NCBI RefSeq assembly: GCF_001194135.2
Contig: NC_068999.1
Coordinates: 8,372,624 to 8,422,932, forward strand
DNA length: 50,309 nt
From: Octopus bimaculoides
Taxonomy: Eukaryota
Direction of reading: 5' to 3'
A model generated the notes under the pieces. That model had not been told where the DNA came from. It saw only the letters and a list, made by a program, of their open reading frames with translations, and ran no database searches. Below, in pieces: positions 36,972 to 48,899 of the stretch. The first letter of the stretch is position 1. Each line of letters starts with the position of its first letter. A program made the position numbers and the translations under genes.

Positions 36972-38185
36972 CCCTTCGTTGGCTGGCAAAGTTGGAATTA
37001 CACAAAGGACCATTGGGGTCCCAAATGACCCCCTTATATTTTTGTGCATTTCTGCCCTATCCATAAAGTAATATTTGTTTAATCTTGTATATATGTGTGA
37101 GTGCATGATACAGAACAAGAAATTTAGCACTTTATAGGAATATATTTGTAATTATTAACATTTAATGGAGGGAAATTAAGATATAATTTATTGACTGAAA
37201 AAACCTTTATTGAAAGAAATCAACATTCTTTATGGTTTTATAAACTAAACTTATAACACTAAATATAAAATAAAACAAGATTATTTAGTATATCGATTCA
37301 TACCAGTACAAATATGAAGAAAATTGACTTCAGCCTGGCCAGCTCCTATCAAACTGTCCAACCCATGTCTGTATTTGTCTGTATTGTGGGTGATACTCAT
37401 GTGAAACACCTATGCTGAACTATTGAGAAATCTGCAGTTACTCTATCCAGATTACAAGTTCAGGTTTATACCTGTAATTATTGGGGCTCTGGGATATGTA
37501 ACACACTGCCTAAATGCCAATCTTGNNNNNNNNNNTCCAGATTACAAGTTCAGGTTTATACCTGTAATTATTGGGGCTCTGGGATATGTAACACACTGCC
37601 TAAATGCCAATCTTGAGAAATTACACTTCTCAAAACCAGAAAGGAGAAAGCTAATTCAAAGACCAAAATCCAGTCTGTCACTGGGACTGTAAAACTTTCC
37701 AGAAGTTTATCATTTAAATATATATGAGCATGTCTAGATATGCAACTGTATACATGAGAATAAATAGATAAAACATACAAATCTGTACATACATACATAC
37801 ACAAATACAATGTTGTTGATGTCGAAATTCCAATGAAGGAACCTTGGATCTAGGTTAGAAACCGGCTCTTTATTGTCCAGAAATCTTGAAATAAAACTAA
37901 ACGGCATACATACACGCGCACACACATACACACATACATACATGCAAACACGAGTGCATCAACATACGTTAAGTATATGGAAATAACGTTTTTCTCCATC
38001 TTCTTTTCAACTAGTAAAAAGTCTTGTCACTTTGTTAGCAACCAGCTAGAACTCTCTAAAAAAAAAAGAACTTAGATACAACTCAAAGAAAAACGTATTT
38101 ATTCTCCAAGAGATTACCTCTCTCATTTATCTTCCTATCACAAAAATCATTGAGCTTCTGTATCAACCCAATCTTTCTCTAAGGG
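36972..38185. mobile_element. Possible piggyBac-like non-autonomous element carrying nested LINE fragment
   Basis: TTAA|CCCTT (36968-36976) and AAGGG|TTAA (38181-38189); subterminal palindrome GGGGTCCCAAATGACCCC. The TIR match is only 5 bp. Confidence 0.4.
37400..37900 (+). mobile_element. 5'-truncated RLE-type LINE 3' end plus 3' UTR
   Basis: LRNLQLLYPDYKFRFIPVIIGALGYVTHCLNANLEKL has the IPVIIGALG motif shared with 32515-33333. The internal duplication across the 10-N gap is likely artefactual. Confidence 0.7.
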
Positions 38186-39739
38186 TTAATTAATTAATGA
38201 ATACAGAAGGAATGGTATACCACACAGATAACTAATTAACTAGTACAGATTTATTTAATGAACACAGATGAAGCCTTATTTTACAGATAACTAATTTAAG
38301 TAGATCAGTTTTAATTAACAAGCCAAACAGTTTTTGTTGTCTCAGCTTTACGAAGAGAGGAGACAGGATGTTTAGTGTAATTTGCATCATGTTGCTGATT
38401 AATTGAGAAAAACACAACACAAACCATTTGTTTTAAAATCAGTGTTAAAGAAATAATGTAATATAAGTTTTACATAGATAGAGAGAGAGAGGGGGGGAGA
38501 AAGAGAAAGAGAGAGACACTGACCCACACAAGCATGGGAAAATGGATGTTATGATGACGAAGACAATGTTGGTGGTGGTGGTAGTGGTGATGATGATGAC
38601 GACAGCGACAACGATGTTGATGATGGTGATGATGACAATGATAATGATAATGATGACAACGACGATGATGATGATGATAAAACGATGATTATAACATAAT
38701 AATGAATTCATTGTGTACAGTGTTACAAAAAAGTAACCAAATCTGCATCAACAATTTACAGAATATGCTGAGGAAGAGAACAGCGAATAAGTCTTTAAGA
38801 GAAAAAGAAACAGAGGTGTATGGGGGGTGGGGCGGGGCACAGGTGCACAGTTTGGCGATTTGCGGAGACATGGAAGTTCACCCCTCCGTTCTTCCCCACC
38901 CACCCCTTCTCTCCCTCAACATGATCTAACCATATCATTACAGACCTTACCGGTTCTTTCTCGCTGACAGCTGTGTAAATTTATTACCCAGGCAGACAGA
39001 TTGGAACGAGAAAGAAAGAAAGAAGGAAAGAAAGAAAGAAAGAACAAGTTTCTTTGGAAACCTGATTATTGTCAGCCAAAATTACAAGATACCAAATCAA
39101 ACATCTTGAGAAATTCTTGGATGCTCTGCCAACTTATTAATTTATTGCAATTTGAAAAAAACCCTTCGTTTTCAATCATTCATTCGTTCGTTCATAAATG
39201 AGAAATATCGAACGAAAGTTAAAAGTAACGAAAGAAAAGCCAGCATTTCTCTTTCACTTCATATATTTCTTTCCTTCGTTCCTTCTTTCTTTCTTTCTTT
39301 TATGCTTCTTCCTTTCTTCCTCCCTCCCGTCCTTTCTTCTTTTCTTTCTTTCTTCCTTTCCTTCTTTCTTTCTTTCTTTCATGCTTTTTTCTTTCTGTCT
39401 TTCTTCCTCCCTTTCGTTCTTTCTTCTTTCCTTTCCTTTCTTCCTTCCTTCCTTTCTTTCTTTATTTTTCCTTTGTTCCTTGTCTTTCCTTCTTTGCTTT
39501 CTTTATCAATTCCCAATTCCTTACATAGAATCATGCAACATCACGGAGGAGGAGGATGATGATGATGAGGATGAGGATGAGGAATTGTGTTATATTTATG
39601 CATTTCTGAAGTGTAGCAGAAACATAAATGAAACAGTACTGTTTCTACTTCGTGGATTTTCACCTATCGCAGAGGGTTTTCTCCTCTAGGCGCAAGGCCC
39701 AACATTTTGGGGGAAGGAGCCAGTCGATTAGATTCTTTA

Positions 39740-40370
39740 AAGAATGATCGCCGTCCCTCTGTGCTTCCTCGTTGTCAAAGGCATAACTCACTTTCTGCCC
39801 ATGACCTCCCAGATGGCCTACAGATCTGTATGGTTAGAAGCGTAGGTGACAGATGAAAGTTGTAAGTTAATGTCCACTTGCAACTGGTTAGGTCTACACA
39901 CATCGCCACTTTTCCATCACCGTGGGATTTTCAGTTGACAGCATGAGGAGACCATAAAGAGACGTCTGTACATCATTGGATGATAGTGGTAAATGCTTCT
40001 AGGACACGAGAACCACTCTCCGAGTCGCTGCGATTTCTGAAGCGAGATGACCAGTAATCTTCATAAAACTGCAGTACTTTGAACTCAGGAAATAAAATTT
40101 GCATTAATAATAACGATTTCTGGAACAGGTACAAGGTCATAAATTTGAAGAACGGTTATGGTCGTATCTATGGAGTCCAGTACCTGAGACTGTAGAACTT
40201 TTATTTTATAAAATCCCCGATAGAATAGCAAGGTTGTGTGGCAACGATGTTTCAACTTAGAACGTACAGGGACATAACTAAATACGCTCCACCACCGAAA
40301 ACTATTGTCTGTGCTGCAATACGTAAAGGGAAATAACTGTGTCAGACATACATTTATATCCAACGTTCAA
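39740..40370 (-). mobile_element. Possible degenerate LINE APE fragment
   Basis: Fragments DNSFGGGAYLV, FYRGF..VLDSIDTTITVL..PEIVIINANF loosely resemble APE motifs; heavily disrupted. Confidence 0.3.
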
Positions 40371-40413
40371 GAACCAGAGAAATAATTGTCTCATTAATAT
40401 TGGTTTATTCTAA

Positions 40414-40840
40414 GGTGGCGAGATGGCAGAAACGTTAGCACGCCGGGCGAAATGCTATGCGGTATTTCGTCTGCCGTTACGTTCTGAGTTCAAATTCCGC
40501 CGATGTCGACTTTGCCTTTCATCTTTTCGGGGTCGATAAATTAAGAACCAGTTACGCACTGGGTCGATCTAATCGACTTAATCCCGTTGTCTGTCCTTGT
40601 TTGTCCCCTATATGTTTAGGCCCTTGTGGGCAATAAAGAAATAAGAAACGTTAGGATGCCGAGCGGAATGCTTAGCGGTATTTCGTCTGCCGCTACGTTC
40701 TGAGTTCAAATTCCGCCGAGGTCAACTTTGCCTTCCATCCTTTCGGGGTGGATAAATTAAGTACCAGTTGCGTACTGGAGTCGATCTAATCGATTGGCCG
40801 CCTCCTCCAAAATTTCGGGCCTTGTGCCTGGAGTAGAAAA
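40414..40840 (+). mobile_element. Family C tandem dimer: variant-2 monomer followed by 5'-truncated variant-1 monomer
   Basis: Two near-identical bodies GTATTTCGTCTGCCG.TACGTTCTGAGTTCAAATTCCGCCG with different tails. Confidence 0.88.
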
Positions 40841-42764
40841 CAAATATTCTTTCACATGTTTCAAGTCATTGACACGTTGTAAATCTATAACCTAACGACG
40901 TCAAAGTCTTTTACACTTTTCAGTCACTGGATTGCGGCCATGCTGAAGCATCGCCTTGAATAATTTAGTGGTTTCTAAAGTTTGGTACTTAATCTATCGA
41001 TCAGTTTTGTGGAACTGCTAAGTTACGAGGAGGTGAACAAATCAACACCGATTATCAGGTAGTAGAGATACAACACATTCATTCATATATATAAAAATTT
41101 ATTTATGAGGGTAGAAATTGATATTAATCAATTTGAACCAGTGGTCTAGCATATTAAAAAAAAAAATCCGAAGATTAAAATTATATTACATACAAAAATA
41201 AGAGGGATGACCAGCAAAAGTGGACTCCTATATGCTAGAAATAGATGCCGAATCATCTAACCACGAAAAAAATATATGTTCTCAATAAAAATTCAGCGGC
41301 ACAACAGACTGTAAAAGGGCAAGACAAATGAAAAAACACTAAATAAAAACGATTAACCTACGCACCATGGTTTCACCTGTTAAAATTTACACAAGTAAAT
41401 ATCTGCAGGATCGTCAGCGTAGTCTGTCGATCTGCAGTTAATAAATTTTTGCAGCTAATTTACCGGTTTGAGAAACATTATTGTATAAAAATTTATTTAT
41501 GAGGATAGAAATTGATATTAATCAATTTGAACCAGTGGTCTAGCATATTAAAAAAATCCGAAGAGNNNNNNNNNNNNNNNNNNNNNNNNNNNNNNNNNNN
41601 NNNNNNNNNNNNNNNNNNNNNNNNNNNNNNNNNNNNNNNNNNNNNNNNNNNNNNNNNNNNNNNNNNNNNNNNNNNNNNNNNNNNNNNNNNNNNNNNNNNN
41701 NNNNNNNNNNNNNNNNNNNNNNNNNNNNNNNNNNNNNNNNNNNNNNNNNNNNNNNNNNNNNNNNNNNNNNNNNNNNNNNNNNNNNNNNNNNNNNNNNNNN
41801 NNNNNNNNNNNNNNNNNNNNNNNNNNNNNNNNNNNNNNNNNNNNNNNNNNNNNNNNNNNNNNNNNNNNNNNNNNNNNNNNNNNNNNNNNNNNNNNNNNNN
41901 NNNNNNNNNNNNNNNNNNNNNNNNNNNNNNNNNNNNNNNNNNNNNNNNNNNNNNNNNNNNNNNNNNNNNNNNNNNNNNNNNNNNNNNNNNNNNNNNNNNN
42001 NNNNNNNNNNNNNNNNNNNNNNNNNNNNNNNNNNNNNNNNNNNNNNNTTTTAACTCAAATTTGATTTATTTGTATGTTATTAGTAGAAAATATATATGTA
42101 ACGATAAAGTTTTTAGCTGAAGTCGAGGGTCACTACTTGTACGATAATAATTTGTTTGTAGCGATGATAATTTTGTGTAGTTACCAATTGTAACGGTTGT
42201 AAGACGAACGTAGAACAAAAATCTTTCAAGTTGTTCCTCACTAGATTTTGATGTAAGGGAAATAACTCTGAAATGTAAAAATTTTGTTTTACTCGTTACG
42301 CTTCGTTATAATATTTTAAATTATTATTATTATTGGAGCGGCGAGCTGGCAGAATCACGAGTAGGCCGGACAAAATGCTTAGCAGCGTTTTTTCCAGATT
42401 TGTGTTCTGAGTTCCAATTCCGCTGAGGTTGATACTGCTTTCCATTCTTTACGAGTCGTTAAAATATGTACCAGTTGTGTACTGGGGTCGATGTAATCGA
42501 CTTACCCTCTCCCCTAAAATTTCTGGCCTTGTGCCAAAATTTGAAACCGTTGTTATCATTTGGGCGGCAAAAGCTGGCAGGATAGTGACCACCAGTCTTG
42601 GAGCGTCTGTGCTTTGGAATAAACATGGCTTTCCCTCTTGAAAGAAAGACGCTGCTTGTATGATGGTGATGCTCGTTTACAACCACATCATGGTGTCCAA
42701 CCGAAAGATACACATAAACACACATATACAATCACACGGGAAAATATACTGATAATAGCTTCTT

Positions 42765-43140
42765 TCAATTTCCGTCAATCAAATCCATTCATGGTGGATT
42801 TTAGTCAACCCAGGGTTACAGGAAAAGACACTCTAAGTAGTACACGGTAGAATCAAACCTGACCACTAGCGTAGGTGGGGGTCGGCCGGCACTTTTGGGT
42901 CTGCTGTAGGCAATGTGTTTTTTGTGGGGTCTGGGGCAGCACACACTCTAGCTACGCTAGTGAACCTGACACTATGTGGTTGGAAGCAGGTGTTTTAACT
43001 GCACCACCAAAAGCATGGCTGGTGTGTTTAAGAACTGTTTCCAATTGTGAGGTTCTTAGTTCAATCCCACAGCATGTCACTTTGATTACGTGTCTTCTGC
43101 CAAATTCCTCAGATCAATCCAAATTTTGTGACTGAAACTG
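42765..43140. mobile_element. Two diverged family B heads in head-to-head orientation
   Basis: Minus copy at ~42765-43000 (contains an extra insertion) abuts a plus copy at ~43015-43140. Confidence 0.55.
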
Positions 43141-43457
43141 TGTAGAAACACGTTTCTTGGACTGAATCTGTGTTGGGTGGGGTGGGGGCAGCTGACTTAA
43201 TGCGTGGTCTGGTTTAATAATACTCCCCCATTTGGCCCTGGGGTACTGAGTTCACTTAATGGCAAACAATCAAACGAAATGTTCAGTTCGAGGAGAATTC
43301 AATGTAGTTTCAAATTCCAGCAACCCATAGGACCTTCTTTTATTCTTCATTCCTCCAACCCCCACCTGCAACAAAAACTCAGGAATCAGTAACATGCGCT
43401 GCATCATGTCCTATTGTTGTTTTTGTTTCTTCCCGCAAGCTGCTAGAATGAGAATAG

Positions 43458-43800
43458 CCTAGGCAAAGTTCAGAGTGCTCCTATCTCTGCTGGTGACAAA
43501 GGGCCTCTCGCTCAGAGTAAAAGGTAGACTGTATGACACATGTGTGCGAACAGCCATGCTACATGGCAGTGAAACATGGGCTGTGACTGTTGAGGACATG
43601 CGTAAGCTTGCAAGAAATGACGCTAGTATGCTCCGCTGGATGTGTAATGTCAGTGTGCATACACAACAGGGTGGAAGCACTCTCAGAGAAAAGTTGGACA
43701 TTAGAAGCATCAGATGTGGTGTGCAAGAAAGACGACTGCGCTGGTAGAGTCATGTGTTGTGTATGGATGAGGACAGCTGTGTGAAAACGTGTCACACTCT
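43458..43800 (+). mobile_element. RTE-clade LINE ORF C-terminal fragment (5'/3' truncated, stop at 43745-43747)
   Basis: LLVTKGLSLRVKGRLYDTCVRTAMLHGSETWAVTVEDMRKLARNDASMLRWMCNV...LREKLDIRSIRCGVQERRLRW*SHVLCMDEDSCVK is the typical post-RT region of RTE elements. Confidence 0.88.
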
Positions 43801-44290
43801 AACATGGCCACAATTTATATTTATACTCTATGACAGTTGCTAGAGGTAGTGTTGTTGTCACTTTCAAGCTAGTTTCTGCAGAGTCCTTTCATTGCTATTG
43901 GTAACCTTGTTGATGACATATCCTGCCTGTCTCCTAGATGTGGAAATAATGAAGAACTTCCTAGAATATCATAGTTGAGATTCACCTTTTTGATGCTACA
44001 GGTGTATTGAAATACATTGCATTCATTTGAATTAATTTTGAAAAGTTATGAAGAATTTAACAAAATAACTTCTTCATCGTTAACCTAGTGATTGGTACAA
44101 ATTAACATGAAAATTTGATAAAAGGTTTTAATGAAGAAAATATTAAAGAATTTAGTAAAATAACCTGTTGAAGTGCACTGTTTTTGTTTAAATTAATTTT
44201 CAAAATAATGAAGAATTTCGAAAAATAATTGTTGTTGTTAATCCTTTTGTTACCAGAGTTCTACTGGGATATACTGCTTTTGTTTAAATT

Positions 44291-44645
44291 CATCATCATC
44301 ATCATTTAATGTTCGTTGTCCATGCTGGTATGGGTTGGATGCTTTGACTGGGCTGGCATGGTGGAAGGCCGTACCAGGGTCCAGCCTGATTTGGCATGGT
44401 TTTCTACAGCTGGATGCCCTTCTTAATGCCAACCACACCGAGAGTGTAATGGGTGCTTTTACCTGCCGCCGGAACAGGTGCAATTTGCGTGACACTGGGG
44501 TGCATTTATGTGCCAATTTGCGTAACACTGGTATCAGCTGTGACTGCGATTTTTCTCAGCTTGGTGGGTCTTCTTCTCAAGCACGACACAATGCCAAAAG
44601 TTTTGGTCATTGCCTCCATGAGGCCCAACACTCGAAAGGAATTTG
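44291..44645 (-). mobile_element. RTE LINE 3' end: last ORF codons plus 3' UTR (repeat family A)
   Basis: The minus strand reads LGLMEAMTK..WHCVVLEKKTHQAEK (frameshifted), followed by the AAGGGCATCCAGCTGTAGAAA block and a (GAT)n tail. Confidence 0.75.
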
Positions 44646-44934
44646 GTGCTAAAAAGATTCTCTTGCTTTCCTGTCATAGAGACCCCTTCATTGACTTGGT
44701 TATCTACCCTGTTGTTACCGCTGCTGTTTTTGTTAATACTCTCACATGAGAAATCACAAGGAGACCCACAAACACCACTGGTATGAAATCATAAGGGAGC
44801 ACCTAAGAAATACATAATTTATTTCATAAATACACAGGCTAACTCAAACGAAATTCCAAGCTTAGTGGCATTAATATATTGTCTCAAATCTACGCATAGA
44901 CAAAGGATAAAAATTCCTTCCCAAGTCATGTAGA

Positions 44935-45835
44935 CCAGGGGTTTTCAAACTGTGGTCCGCGGACCACAGGGGGTCCGTACACAGCAAATACTTTTTATGG
45001 GCAATTTGATTTTATATATGTTTTTTAATCGAAATCTTTTAATTGACAATAAACCTATTTGTTAAATACTGTTAAATAAATAAATGTAAAAATATATGTT
45101 ATTTTAAGCAAATATTTATGTATAAATTTCATAAGCGTTNNNNNNNNNNNNNNNNNNNNNNNNNNNNNNNNNNNNNNNNNNNNNNNNNNNNNNNNNNNNN
45201 NNNNNNNNNNNNNNNNNNNNNNNNNNNNNNNNNNNNNNNNNNNNNNNNNNNNNNNNNNNNNNNNNNNNNNNNNNNNNNNNNNNNNNNNNNNNNNNNNNNN
45301 NNNNNNNNNNNNNNNNNNNNNNNNNNNNNNNNNNNNNNNNNNNNNNNNNNNNNNNNNNNNNNNNNNNNNNNNNNNNNNNNNNNNNNNNNNNNNNNNNNNN
45401 NNNNNNNNNNNNNNNNNNNNNNNNNNNNNNNNNNNNNNNNNNNNNNNNNNNNNNNNNNNNNNNNNNNNNNNNNTATTTTTCACTGACGTTATTACTGTTA
45501 TTTCTTTATTTTCTGCAAAGAAAGTGAACAAAAAAGCTATACGTTTGCATTATGTTATATATACAATAACAATAAAGGACGTTACCATATATATGTTTAC
45601 AAACCAAGGACGTTATATAAACCTCCTTGACTCAAGTAAGAGAAGGGGTGCGTATTATACACAAGGTTTAGGTTTTTCAAAGGTACAGCCCCCTAAAAAT
45701 CCCCTGTGTATTATACTCAATTATTTACGGTAAATGTATAGGGGAAAAAAATTATATTCAAGTTACACTGTGGCACACCTAGCATCAACTCGTGGCACAC
45801 CAGTGTGCTGGAGCATACTGGTTGTGGGGCACTGA
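44935..45835. mobile_element. Composite DNA-transposon debris (hAT-like ends with an internal pogo/Tigger-like MITE end at ~45733)
   Basis: CAGGGGGTTTTCAAACTGTGGTCCGCGGACCAC start; GTATTATACTCAATTATTTACGGTA end motif; GGCACACCAGTGTG..CACTG end. Confidence 0.4.
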
Positions 45836-46104
45836 TATAGACTTTTAAGGGCAGGCTTCCCGGTTTCTGAGGTGTATATATTTTCCCCTCACCCCTGAAT
45901 GGGACACCAGTCTGTCACAGGATTACTAATTTTGACCAGCTGAGTGGACTGGAATCACATGAAATTAAGCATTTTGCTCAAGAACACAATGTGTCGTCTG
46001 GTTCAAGAATTGAAATCACAACAGACACACGTCTTTTAAATGTATACATACAGACATTTAGAAAGCGAGTGGGTGTATGTAAAATTATACACATGTACAA
46101 CTAC

Positions 46105-46335
46105 TGTGCGAGTCTCTACATAGTTGCTATAGTTTAACCCCAGACGAGTCCTGATCAACTAGACCAATGATCAGAAACATTCCAGCCGTGACCAACCTGT
46201 CTTTTTTTCCTGTGCTGGGGACCCAGCACCGCATTATCTAGCAAGTTATTTTCTAAGACAGTAGGTTGTGATTCAAGGGAGCTAGGCTGCTGTTTCTAGC
46301 AGATCGAAAGTCCCCGTAGAAGTTCTCACGTTAGC
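46105..46335. mobile_element. Family F interspersed repeat
   Basis: The GCTG(C/T)TATTTCTAGCA motif block recurs at ~2825, 20640, 26960, 41235(rc) and 46285. Confidence 0.5.
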
Positions 46336-47240
46336 TTGATCTCACGCAGGCGTTTTATCTGCTGAAAACAGCAGTTAAATCTCCATTTGTGCCATAGTCT
46401 TACAAAAACATAGCAACACTGAACCGTGTGTTAGACAAACAATAATAATAATAATAATACTATATTATATGCACAAGGGGTAAAATTTTAGGGGAGGCGG
46501 TTAGTCGTTCAAATTGGTACCAGTATTTATTTGGTACATACTTTATCGACTCCGAAAGGATGAACAGCAAAGCTGACCTCGGGGGTATTTAAACTCAGAA
46601 CATAAAGTGTCGAAAGTAATGCTGCTAAGTATTTTGTCTGGCGCGGGAACCATTCTGCCAATTCACCGGAACCACTGTCAATAGACCTGTTTGTTGTATC
46701 AGGTTCACCTGAAGCTAAATAACACACGCGCGCGCAATCTGTTTGTTAAGGTGACAATTCCAGAATGTAAAGGAAATCATTATTAATACATAAAAACCGT
46801 GATTATTGTTGATAAAACATGGTGAGGGTGATGTATATTAACAACCAGAATCTATATTTGATTTTAGATTAGGATATTAAAAAAAAAAACAAATAGAAAA
46901 TGAGAAATACATACGTAATAGCAAAAACAAAGAATAAAGGATTTTATATAGAATTTCGGAAATAATGGAATTCCTCGGAAATCCGAAGAGGGCCGTCTTA
47001 TGTATATAAGAGTATGAAGAGCTACCTGAGTTTCATTGATAATCAGTTTTGCAGACTGAGTAGCAAAACGTTGATTCTTCAAATAGAATTATATATTGGC
47101 ATGATAGACAATCAATAGTTTTGAAATGAAATGAATGAACTCCCTATTTCACCCTCTCTCTCTCTCTCTCTCACAGATGCACACAACCCCTCTCACTCTC
47201 TCATTCTTTCTCCTGTCACCTTTTAGTAAACAAACAGATG

Positions 47241-48899
47241 TTATTTTGGAGGTTCCATACAGTTTCCATTGGGGTAGCGTTTTTGAAAACTTGTCACAAC
47301 ATCGGGGTCTTTAAGCCGTACTCCATCCACTTGGTTCCCTAAGGTAATCCAGTTTGGTTGTACATTGTGTGGTCGTCCAAACAGTTCGACTTTCCTAGTT
47401 CCAGGTGAAAGTCGCTCTATAATGCCGTAGATTTCGTCCGGCTTATGACTCGTAGCTCGAACTTCTGCGACGATCACATCACAGTCGAGGCCTCTGTTCA
47501 CGCCTTTTGGGTCACCTTTCACTCCAACAAGGCAGTGTTCTTTGCCGTGGTTTAACCAATGGCCAGTACGTCCAGTTCTTATGATTCTCTGAAGTTGGTT
47601 CGTTTTCACCCAGATTAATTCGTCAACTCTTTTGTAACCCCACAGCTCTAGACATTCTCTTCCCAGCTCCATAGCTCTGCCCGTTACCCACAGAAACAGG
47701 AAACCGTCGTCTTGAAGATTAGGTACATCCAATTTTCTCATTTCATCGTCACTCATGGTTCCATAAGGTAACTCCATGTGAATATCCCAGGGTGGATCGG
47801 CCATAACAACAGCACATTTCCCCAGAACGGACATATCGAAATATCGCAAATCACACTGTACCCACTGAGGCGGAAACATGGTCACGGTGCCATCTTTTAT
47901 TCCAGTCTTTTTACTTACCGACAGTTCTTTTTTCAATAAAGCTAGTTGGTTTTTTTTCTCAGGGTAGTCTATCTCGTAGTGTACATACTTGCAAGTATCC
48001 ATATGAAAACAAGTATTAAGAAACGAACAATCACCAAGCGATTCATCTGTGTGTTTATGAATGATTTTTCTAAAATGAAGTCTTTTACAAGGTTCAGATA
48101 CCTGGTTAGTTTTCATACATTCGTCTTTCGTTCCATATTGGCAAAATTCCTGCAGCTGAGCACCGCCCTGAGAACTAAACTTCTCAACAAGAAATTGTTC
48201 TTTGGCTGTAGGTTTGCTAAGTAATTGTAAGATTTCTTCCTGTACTTTCTTATGCTCTCTTTCTTTCGCTGATTGCATGGAAAGTAAACTTTCGATGCTG
48301 TCATCGGGCTGGTTCAATGAAGACGATGATGATTTGAGGTGTTTCGCTGAATTTTCCGAACTGTCTTGATCATCGTTTTCCCTCTTTCTTTTGTTTGATG
48401 AATTTTCAGAAGTGTTCGTAACAGCACTGAGTTTACTCAGATCAAGAGAGGTTACGGTAATGTGGCTTTGATCTTTAGATTCTTTCGAAACGATGCTAAG
48501 TAACTGCTGACTGGACAATTGTTGTAACAGATCCTCAATGACGATCAGTTTCACTTCTCTGCCTAACATCTTCGAAGTGTGTTCAGTGATTTGAGTGGCA
48601 TTACAAGGTATGTCTAGATTTATATCACACAACACAAGCAATAGCTTCTTTTTAATTTCGGCATCGACTTTAATGTGTTCGGTTTTAACAGAGCTATCCG
48701 GAGCAAGGGTAGGCGACGGTACACGCGGTGTTTGACTCTGAGTAATGCCAGTGGCCGACAAAGAGCCCGAACTGGACGACTCGGCATTTGTTATCTCAGC
48801 AACCATCCCTTCTCTTTTTCGTTTCCTTTCTAAGAGTTTGGCTCTCATGCTGCTCTGCTTTGTTTTCGCAGCTTGAATATCACTCCACGTATCAGACAT
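47241..48899 (-). CDS. METTL3: N6-adenosine-methyltransferase catalytic subunit (METTL3/MT-A70/Ime4), single uninterrupted CDS, 552 aa
   Basis: The ORF from ATG 48899 starts MSDTWSDIQA, matching the METTL3 leader helix. It has two CCCH zinc fingers (CQYGTKDEC..C..LH; CSFLNTCFHMDTCKYVH), the catalytic DPPW (47787-47798) and a near-invariant MT-A70 domain (LWVTGRAMELGRECL, QLQRIIRTGRTGHWLNHGKEHCLVG, SHKPDEIYGIIERLSPG). TAA stop at 47241-47243. The track start at 48998 is a GTG and probably not used. Confidence 0.97.
   Translation of the reverse strand: MSDTWSDIQAAKTKQSSMRAKLLERKRKREGMVAEITNAESSSSGSLSATGITQSQTPRVPSPTLAPDSSVKTEHIKVDAEIKKKLLLVLCDINLDIPCNATQITEHTSKMLGREVKLIVIEDLLQQLSSQQLLSIVSKESKDQSHITVTSLDLSKLSAVTNTSENSSNKRKRENDDQDSSENSAKHLKSSSSSLNQPDDSIESLLSMQSAKEREHKKVQEEILQLLSKPTAKEQFLVEKFSSQGGAQLQEFCQYGTKDECMKTNQVSEPCKRLHFRKIIHKHTDESLGDCSFLNTCFHMDTCKYVHYEIDYPEKKNQLALLKKELSVSKKTGIKDGTVTMFPPQWVQCDLRYFDMSVLGKCAVVMADPPWDIHMELPYGTMSDDEMRKLDVPNLQDDGFLFLWVTGRAMELGRECLELWGYKRVDELIWVKTNQLQRIIRTGRTGHWLNHGKEHCLVGVKGDPKGVNRGLDCDVIVAEVRATSHKPDEIYGIIERLSPGTRKVELFGRPHNVQPNWITLGNQVDGVRLKDPDVVTSFQKRYPNGNCMEPPK

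Noticed and set aside
37446-37615. 80-bp tandem duplication in LINE fragment
   Set aside because: Exact duplicate on either side of a 10-N gap, typical of an unmerged contig overlap. Similar cases at 15899-16220 and 4830-5040.
40414-40500. tRNA genes in SINE heads (families B-E)
   Set aside because: A/B boxes are present but there is no complete cloverleaf, and each continues into a SINE body.
46700-47240. Poly-A remnant or TSD marking METTL3 retroposition
   Set aside because: No A-tract on the sense strand and no flanking direct repeat found, so retro-origin rests on intron absence only.
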